From: Corynebacterium glutamicum ATCC 13032 | GTDB lineage: Bacteria > Actinomycetota > Actinomycetes > Mycobacteriales > Mycobacteriaceae | Length of the DNA: 32,000 nt | Direction: 5' to 3' | Assembly (NCBI RefSeq): GCF_000011325.1 | Contig: NC_003450.3 | Coordinates: forward strand, 2,700,001 to 2,732,000 | Shown here: positions 26,827 to 32,000 of the stretch, piece after piece | Layout of the letters: every line of letters starts with the position of its first letter | Position numbering within the stretch: position 1 is the first letter of the stretch | Position numbers and translations under genes: made by a program | The notes under the pieces: model-generated | What the model saw: only the letters and a program-made list of their open reading frames with translations | What the model was told of the DNA's origin: nothing | Database searches by the model: none

Positions 26827-26956
26827 GTTCGACTTCTTAACACCGACTTCTCAAAGGCGACTTCACTAGGAAATCCAGGAAAATCCGACTGAAATCGACC
26901 ACGAGAAGTTGAGCATAAGAAGTCGCTACCGTGAAGTCGTAAGCAAGAAGTCGAAC
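26827..26956. repeat. Symmetric array of CGACTTC / GAAGTCG heptamers with 14-bp periodicity
   Basis: CGACTTC occurs at 26830, 26844 and 26858, with a degenerate CGACTGA at 26886. The inverted GAAGTTG occurs at 26905 and GAAGTCG at 26919, 26933 and 26947. The outer arms GTTCGACTTCTT (26827-26838) and AAGAAGTCGAAC (26945-26956) are perfect complements. Confidence 0.8.
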
Positions 26957-27023
26957 TTAAGAAACCCCCGCTCTTAAGAAACCCGAAACCTGAGACCCCA
27001 AAAACACACCAGAAAATAAAAAA

Positions 27024-27064
27024 CAGAGGCTGTACAATTTCTTGAAGAAAAAGTACAACCTCTG
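27024..27064 (-). terminator. Terminator after the tRNA-Glu/tRNA-Asp pair
   Basis: cagaggctgtac (27024-27035) pairs with gtacaacctctg (27053-27064). The single C x A mismatch becomes G.U on the minus strand. It is followed on the minus strand by TTTTTTATTTTC. Confidence 0.65.
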
Positions 27065-27078
27065 TTATCACATTGCTG

Positions 27079-27152
27079 CGACCCTGACGGGACTTGAACC
27101 CGCGACCTCCGCCGTGACAGGGCGGCGCGCTAACCAACTGCGCCACAGGGCC
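27079..27152 (-). tRNA. tRNA-Asp (GTC), copy 2; identical to 24283..24356
   Basis: Same 74-nt sequence as copy 1. The flanking sequences are unrelated. Confidence 0.93.
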
Positions 27153-27193
27153 TCATGTGCAGCATTTCACTGCTACTTCCTTTGGGGAAGTAG

Positions 27194-27266
27194 TACTCCC
27201 AACGGGATTCGAACCCGTGTCGCTGCCGTGAAAGGGCAGTGTCCTAGGCCCCTAGACGATGGGAGC
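27194..27266 (-). tRNA. tRNA-Glu (TTC)
   Basis: The reverse complement is GCTCCCATCGTCTAGGGGCCTAGGACACTGCCCTTTCACGGCAGCGACACGGGTTCGAATCCCGTTGGGAGTA. The anticodon loop is CTTTCAC. The G1:U72 pair matches what I recall for actinobacterial tRNA-Glu. Confidence 0.9.
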
Positions 27267-27291
27267 TCGTCGCTCTTGGCGACTGGATAAG

Positions 27292-27319
27292 AATATACGT
27301 GACTTTTTTCAAACCGCAA
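27292..27319 (-). promoter_or_regulatory. Candidate promoter for the tRNA-Glu/tRNA-Asp pair
   Basis: The minus strand reads TTGCGG-N16-TATATT, ending about 25 nt upstream of the tRNA-Glu 5' end. Confidence 0.3.
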
Positions 27320-27396
27320 AATCGCGCCCTGACCTGCATGTTTAGAGACATGTTTTGTGAAGGTTTGAAAGCAGTCACGCACATAGGTCCCAAAAG

Positions 27397-28134
27397 TTAG
27401 TTGCAGGTGCCGTCGACGGAGCAGCTTTGGCCGTCAATGACCTCAAATGGGCTGACTGGGTTTTCGGCTGCCCACTCTTCGAAGGCTTTTTCTACGGTGC
27501 CGGTGAATACTTCTTCTTGTTGGGCGCCGTTGATGGCGTATTTGCGGTCGAATACAAAGAAGGGCACACCTTGGACGCCGAGTTGGCGGGCTTCGTGGAC
27601 GTCTTGTTGGACTTCGTTGGTGTACACGTCGGATTCGAGAGCTTCGCGGGCTGCACTGGCATCGAGACCAACCTCTGCAGCAATGGAGACCAGCACATCG
27701 AGGTCATCAACGTTCTTGCCGTCTACGAAGTGAGCCTTGAAGAGTTCCTGCGCCACTTCTTGTTGCTTGCCGTGGGCTTTCGCGAAGTGGGTAAGGCGGT
27801 GCGCGTTGATGGTGTTGGCCGCGATGGTTTCGTCAGGATTCATTTCAAGTCCGGTGGCTTGTGCCATTGCTTGGACTTGGCCGTTCATTTGGCGGGCCTG
27901 CTCGAGGCTCATGCCCTTGGCGTCGGCGAGGTATTCAACGTCGGAACGCAGTGGGTGGGTTTCTAGGCCTGGCATGAGTTCGAAGCTCTTGTATTCCACT
28001 TCGATGCGTCCGGCCTGGTCAAAGGTACTTAGGGCGTCGTCGAGGCGCTTTTTGCCGATGTAGCAGAAGGGGCACATGATGTCGCTCCACACTTCGATTT
28101 TCATTTTTGCTGGTGCGGAGAATTCAATAGACAT
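27397..28134 (-). CDS. DsbA-family thiol:disulfide oxidoreductase (FrnE-like), CPFC active site
   Basis: Sequence MSIEFSAPAKMKIEVWSDIMCPFCYIGKKRLDDAL...GVQGVPFFVFDRKYAINGAQ. The start was set at ATG 28134, with GAGGA about 11 nt upstream. The 72 extra codons in the ORF track overlap the 3' end of the upstream hydrolase gene. Confidence 0.88.
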   Translation of the reverse strand: MSIEFSAPAKMKIEVWSDIMCPFCYIGKKRLDDALSTFDQAGRIEVEYKSFELMPGLETHPLRSDVEYLADAKGMSLEQARQMNGQVQAMAQATGLEMNPDETIAANTINAHRLTHFAKAHGKQQEVAQELFKAHFVDGKNVDDLDVLVSIAAEVGLDASAAREALESDVYTNEVQQDVHEARQLGVQGVPFFVFDRKYAINGAQQEEVFTGTVEKAFEEWAAENPVSPFEVIDGQSCSVDGTCN

Positions 28135-28204
28135 AGCTTTAAACGTCCTCGTTTTACGCGTAGTTGGAATAGATTTATTCATATATCCCAACCACATGCG
28201 CCCG

Positions 28205-29026
28205 CTAACTATTCCGCGCGATAACTGATGTGACGGTTTCGAGCATGGTGGTGAAGCCGGGTTCTTCGATGGGAAAATGCCCGCAGTCCTTGAGCATAAC
28301 CACGTCAGTGGGCGCTTTGAGGCGCGAAAGCGTACGCAGACTGAGCTCAACGGGAGTCAGAAGGTCGTGGTCAGGGTGCATCAGAGTGACGGGAACTGCA
28401 CCCAGTTTGGCCTTGTGTTGCACATATGACGCGAGGAAACCCCAGGTTATTTTGGATGCTCCGCTAAATTCATCGGCCGCGCACAATTTGCTCAGGGCTG
28501 GGCTGCGGCTGATTTTGCTGAAGTTCAACACTCTGGTCACGGGAATTTCGCGGTTGCGCAAGCGGCCTTGGATCAACCGAGTCAGCGGTGAAAACCTGAA
28601 CAGTGCCCGGCGCGTCGGCTGGTCGGAGGGGTTGAGCAGGCAGGTGGCAATGACGTGTGCGACCAGTCCTGTGCGGTGTGCAGCTTCTGCGCAAAGCAAG
28701 CCTCCGGTGCCTGCACCGATCAGGATGAGTGGCCGACCGTCGTCTTCGGAAGAGATGAAAGATTCTAAAAGGCGCAGCCAATCGTCGTAAAGCGGAGTTT
28801 TAGGCAGGTCGATCGCGGCGAGGTCCGCGCCCTCAATGGCCGCGACGAGGGGCCAGAGGGCGCCACTATGGGTGCCTAGCCCATGCACCACGATAACGCG
28901 GACGGGCGCTTCTCGACGTCTCCTTGCAATGTGAACCCTTTTGTTTTCCCATTCCCAAAAGGTGTGCTCGGGTTCAATCCCCGTACGATGCTTGAGCGGT
29001 ATGAAGGCCTCGTATGGGTTGGTCAT
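28205..29026 (-). CDS. Alpha/beta-fold hydrolase-like protein with a degenerate nucleophile elbow
   Basis: 273-aa ORF with HG oxyanion-type motif VIVVHGLGTHSG, elbow ILIGAGTGG (Gly where Ser is expected), and later PDHDLL and CGHFPIEE (Asp/His positions). Confidence 0.75.
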   Translation of the reverse strand: MTNPYEAFIPLKHRTGIEPEHTFWEWENKRVHIARRRREAPVRVIVVHGLGTHSGALWPLVAAIEGADLAAIDLPKTPLYDDWLRLLESFISSEDDGRPLILIGAGTGGLLCAEAAHRTGLVAHVIATCLLNPSDQPTRRALFRFSPLTRLIQGRLRNREIPVTRVLNFSKISRSPALSKLCAADEFSGASKITWGFLASYVQHKAKLGAVPVTLMHPDHDLLTPVELSLRTLSRLKAPTDVVMLKDCGHFPIEEPGFTTMLETVTSVIARNS

Positions 29027-29077
29027 ACTCCCAACCTAACAAAAGGTCTTCATTTTTCTCAGCAGCTACTGTGTGTG

Positions 29078-29129
29078 AGGAAAAGAAAAGTACCCCTGGC
29101 TCGGAGCATTCTCCAAAACAGGGGTACTT
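29078..29129 (-). terminator. tRNA-Lys terminator
   Basis: aagtacccctg (29088-29098) pairs with caggggtactt (29119-29129) around a 20-nt loop. It is followed on the minus strand by TTCTTTTCC. Confidence 0.55.
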
Positions 29130-29135
29130 AAGATG

Positions 29136-29208
29136 TGGGCCCATTGGGACTCGAACCCAAGACCTGCGGATTAAAAGTCCGTAGCTCTACCAACTGAGCT
29201 ATAGGCCC
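29136..29208 (-). tRNA. tRNA-Lys (TTT)
   Basis: The reverse complement is GGGCCTATAGCTCAGTTGGTAGAGCTACGGACTTTTAATCCGCAGGTCTTGGGTTCGAGTCCCAATGGGCCCA. The anticodon loop is CTTTTAA. Confidence 0.9.
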
Positions 29209-29310
29209 AACTCAGACCATATTAGTACATGGCACCGGCCTTATTAAAATCGCCCTCAATTAGCTACCAAACACTAGCCTGACCTGGTCTAATTTAACGC
29301 TCAAAACCCA

Positions 29311-29360
29311 GGTAATAAAAGAAACCGCCGCCTCGAAATGTTGTCGAGGCGGCGGTTTCT
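29311..29360 (-). terminator. actA terminator
   Basis: agaaaccgccgcctcga (29320-29336) pairs with tcgaggcggcggtttct (29344-29360), a 17-bp perfect stem. It is followed on the minus strand by TTTTATTACC and lies 16 nt after the stop. Confidence 0.8.
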
Positions 29361-29375
29361 AAACCAAGAAAAAAC

Positions 29376-30884
29376 TTATGCCTTCATGGAGCCGTTCTTA
29401 GCCAGGTTGATGTGGAAATCAAACGCGGTTGCAAGATCATGAGGGGTCTGCATGTACTTGTTGTCACCGGAGGTTGCGCGAGCGTAGTACTCCTCGAGCA
29501 GTGGGCGGTAATCAGGGTGAGCCAGGCCGATCATCTTGGCAACGCGCTCACGTGGAGCCAGACCACGAAGGTCTGCGTAACCGTACTCAGAGATAACAAC
29601 CATGACATCGTGCTCGGTGTGGTCGATGTGGGATGCGAAAGGAACGATCGCAGAGATTGCGCCGCCCTTTGCCTCTGAAGGGGTGATGAAGCTGGAGATG
29701 TAGCCGTTACGGGTGAAGTCGCCGGAGCCGCCGATGCCGTTCATGACGCGGGAGCCAGAAACGTTGGTGGAGTTGACGTTGCCGTAAATGTCAGCCTCGA
29801 TGAGACCGTTGGTGGCGATCAGGCCAACGCGGCGGATGACCTCTGGGTGGTTAGAGATCTGCTGTGGGCGCAGGATAATGGACTCGCGGTAACGCTTAGC
29901 CTCGTTGTTCATCTTCTCTGCGTACTCAGGAGACAGGGAGAAGGAAGTTGCGGATGCAACGGTCATCTTGCCGGCGTCGATGAGGTCCACCATGCCGTCC
30001 TGGATAACTTCGGTGTAGGCCTGGATGTTCTCAAACTTGGATTCCAGCAGGCCTGCCATCACCGCGTTTGGCACGTTGCCCACGCCGGACTGCATGATGT
30101 AGCCGTCGTAGGACAGGCGACCTGCAGCAACTTCGCTTTCCAGGAAGTCGAGGAAGTTGCCAGCGATCTTCTTAGAGATGTCGTCGACAGGCTTGAATGG
30201 TGCGTTGCGGTCTGCGGTGTTGGTCTCAACAACAGCAACAACCTTGTCGGTGTCGAACTCGATGTAGGTCTTACCGATGCGGTCGCCTGGCTTGTTGATT
30301 GGCACGGCAATGCGGTTTGGCAGGGCAGGAACAGACCAGATGTCGTGCATACCTTCGAGGTCTTCAGACTGCCAAGAGTTAACCTCGAGGATGACCTTCT
30401 CTGCAGCGTTGAGCCACTCAACGTTGTTACCCACGGAGGAAGAAGGGATGATGTAGCCCTCTTCAGTGATGCGGGTGATTTCAATGACAGCTACGTTGAG
30501 CTGGCCGAAGAAGCCCTCTTCAACCTGCTGGCCGGAGTGGGACAGGTGGATATCGGAGTATCCCATGGAGCCGGAGTTGATCTTGTTACGCATGATTGGA
30601 TCAGATGCGTATGGCATGCGCCAGCGGATAGCGTCAGCTTCTGCAAGTACGCCATCGCAGTCAGGGGCGGTCGATGCGCCAGTGAACAGGTCGATTGCGT
30701 AGTCGTTGCCTGCACCGTGTGCTTCTTTAGCCCGGTTAGCGATTGCCGTAGGCAGTGCCTTTGGGTAGCCAGCGCCGGTGAAGCCGGAGAAACCAACCTT
30801 GTCACCGTGGTTAACAAACTGTGCCGCCTCGTCGGCGGACATGAGCTTGGAGCGCAGCTTTTCTGAAGCAATGCGATCAGACAT
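29376..30884 (-). CDS. actA: Acetyl-CoA hydrolase/transferase-family CoA-transferase (acetyl-CoA:CoA transferase)
   Basis: Sequence MSDRIASEKLRSKLMSADEAAQFVNHGDKVGFSGFTGAGYPK...GIGGSGDFTRNG... The start is at ATG 30884, with GAGGAGG 7 nt upstream. From memory it corresponds to C. glutamicum cat/actA. Confidence 0.88.
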   Translation of the reverse strand: MSDRIASEKLRSKLMSADEAAQFVNHGDKVGFSGFTGAGYPKALPTAIANRAKEAHGAGNDYAIDLFTGASTAPDCDGVLAEADAIRWRMPYASDPIMRNKINSGSMGYSDIHLSHSGQQVEEGFFGQLNVAVIEITRITEEGYIIPSSSVGNNVEWLNAAEKVILEVNSWQSEDLEGMHDIWSVPALPNRIAVPINKPGDRIGKTYIEFDTDKVVAVVETNTADRNAPFKPVDDISKKIAGNFLDFLESEVAAGRLSYDGYIMQSGVGNVPNAVMAGLLESKFENIQAYTEVIQDGMVDLIDAGKMTVASATSFSLSPEYAEKMNNEAKRYRESIILRPQQISNHPEVIRRVGLIATNGLIEADIYGNVNSTNVSGSRVMNGIGGSGDFTRNGYISSFITPSEAKGGAISAIVPFASHIDHTEHDVMVVISEYGYADLRGLAPRERVAKMIGLAHPDYRPLLEEYYARATSGDNKYMQTPHDLATAFDFHINLAKNGSMKA

Positions 30885-31376
30885 TGAATACCTCCTCAGG
30901 TAATCGGACTTTTTCAAATTTTTCCCGCACTGCTATACCCAAGCAGAACACATAGGTGTGCCACTTCAGCAAGCAGAATGCGACCATTTTAACGTCCGAC
31001 AAAATTCGTTAACGCAGTTCACACCATTGCTTCAAGGTTCGACCAATCTTTTCAGATAGGTCACTTCAACCGGAAGCATATGATGTACCCCACTTTGATG
31101 TTGTGTCCCAAGGATAAACCATCGTGACAGGAAATGCCCGAATACTATCTGTGATAGTGGGATTTCAAGGCCCAGCATTACCCCCAAATTTGCATGCCCC
31201 CTGTTTGCAAGCCTCCCAAAGCCCAGGAATAAAGCTCAGACCAACCCTAGAGCCCGCGAAGCTTAACCCAACCCCAGCCCCCAAAAAGTGAAAGCACACC
31301 ACTTTCCTAGTTGCGCCCTGCTCACAATTTGCTTCAAATATTTTGCCCAACCTGATTCACGGGGGACAATAGTTAG

Positions 31377-32000
31377 GTGACTTTAAAAATCGGCCCCTTT
31401 GACCTTGCCTCCCCTGTGGTTCTAGCCCCCATGGCTGGTGTAACCAACGTTGCTTTCCGCACGCTGTGCCGTGAACAGGAAATGCAACGCACGGGAACAA
31501 TCTCGGGGCTGTACGTCTGTGAAATGGTGACTGCGCGTGCTCTTGTTGAGCGCAATGAGAAAACCATGCACATGACCACCTTCGCGCCGGATGAAAATCC
31601 CCGAAGCTTGCAGCTGTACACGGTTGACCCGAAGTACACCTACGAAGCGGCGAAGATGATCGTTGATGAAAACTTGGCGGATCATATTGATATGAACTTT
31701 GGCTGCCCGGTTCCAAAGGTCACGCGCCGGGGTGGCGGTTCTGCGATTCCTTACAAGCGCCGTTTGTTTGAAAACATCGTTTCCGCGGCTGTGAAGGCTA
31801 CGGAAGGCACGGACATTCCGGTGACGGTGAAGTTCCGCGTTGGTATTGATGATGAGCACCATACTCACTTGGATGCTGGACGCATTGCTGTCGACGCCGG
31901 CGCGAAGTCCGTAGCGCTTCACGCCCGCACTGCGGCGCAGCGCTATTCCGGTGAGGCTGATTGGAACGAGATCGCGCGCCTGAAGGAGCATTTGGCAGAT
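31377..32000 (+). CDS. dus: tRNA-dihydrouridine synthase; the 3' end runs off the right edge of the window
   Basis: Absent from the ORF track because it has no stop in the window. Hand translation from GTG 31377 (a stop, tag, immediately precedes it) gives VTLKIGPFDLASPVVLAPMAGVTNVAFRTLCREQEM...LQLYTVDP...IDMNFGCPVPKVTRRGGGSAIP...VTVKFRVGID...ALHARTAAQRYSGEADW, with all Dus hallmark motifs. Confidence 0.88.
   Translation, partial: MTLKIGPFDLASPVVLAPMAGVTNVAFRTLCREQEMQRTGTISGLYVCEMVTARALVERNEKTMHMTTFAPDENPRSLQLYTVDPKYTYEAAKMIVDENLADHIDMNFGCPVPKVTRRGGGSAIPYKRRLFENIVSAAVKATEGTDIPVTVKFRVGIDDEHHTHLDAGRIAVDAGAKSVALHARTAAQRYSGEADWNEIARLKEHLAD

Noticed and set aside
26827-26956. The periodic heptamer array as a CRISPR array or a MITE
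   Set aside because: The repeat unit of 14 bp (7-bp core) is far too short for CRISPR and there are no cas genes. I see no target-site duplication or terminal inverted repeats flanking a distinct element beyond the internal symmetry, and no second copy in this window.
26784-27146. 120-aa minus-strand ORF upstream of sucC
   Set aside because: It starts inside tRNA-Asp (27079..27152) and runs through the tRNA terminator and the heptamer array. The repeated SDF/STS peptide motifs are just the translated CGACTTC repeats.
24175-29208. The tRNA-flanked segments as integrated genomic islands or prophage remnants
   Set aside because: No integrase, excisionase or phage-like ORFs are present. The tRNA-Asp duplication is full-length rather than a 3'-end att fragment. 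The genes in between are housekeeping genes (sucCD, a DsbA-like gene and a hydrolase) that, by eye, show no compositional break from their neighbours (not computed).

Overview
This looks like an actinobacterial core-chromosome window. The protein sequences and gene order (ramA, cysK-cysE, sucCD, actA/cat, and murA next to an rrn operon) resemble Corynebacterium glutamicum or a very close relative; this is recognition from memory, not a search. Layout, left to right: (1) the 3' part of an FtsX/MacB-type ABC permease and its ATPase, both on the minus strand; (2) a complete 16S-23S-5S operon on the minus strand (3711..8950); (3) a 3.2-kb spacer holding a sugar-phosphate isomerase and a Gfo/Idh/MocA oxidoreductase that both look broken, an A+T-rich non-coding patch, and a small SAM methyltransferase; (4) a second, virtually identical rrn operon (12578..17817); (5) murA, a PduO-type corrinoid adenosyltransferase, ramA, cysK, cysE, a small GNAT, tRNA-Phe and tRNA-Asp, sucD-sucC, tRNA-Asp and tRNA-Glu, a DsbA/FrnE-like thiol oxidoreductase, an alpha/beta hydrolase, tRNA-Lys, the CoA-transferase actA, and the 5' part of a tRNA-dihydrouridine synthase. 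I found no phage, integrase, transposase, CRISPR, toxin-antitoxin or recognisable defence genes, and I do not claim a novel multi-gene system here. The observations worth a second look are all small-scale. They are a symmetric 14-bp-periodic CGACTTC/GAAGTCG array upstream of sucC, a pair of structured modules downstream of both rrn operons that occur in swapped order, a decaying gene island trapped between the two rrn repeats, sucCD bracketed by identical tRNA-Asp genes, and a hydrolase that lacks its nucleophile serine. All coordinates of RNA ends, promoters and terminators are hand estimates.
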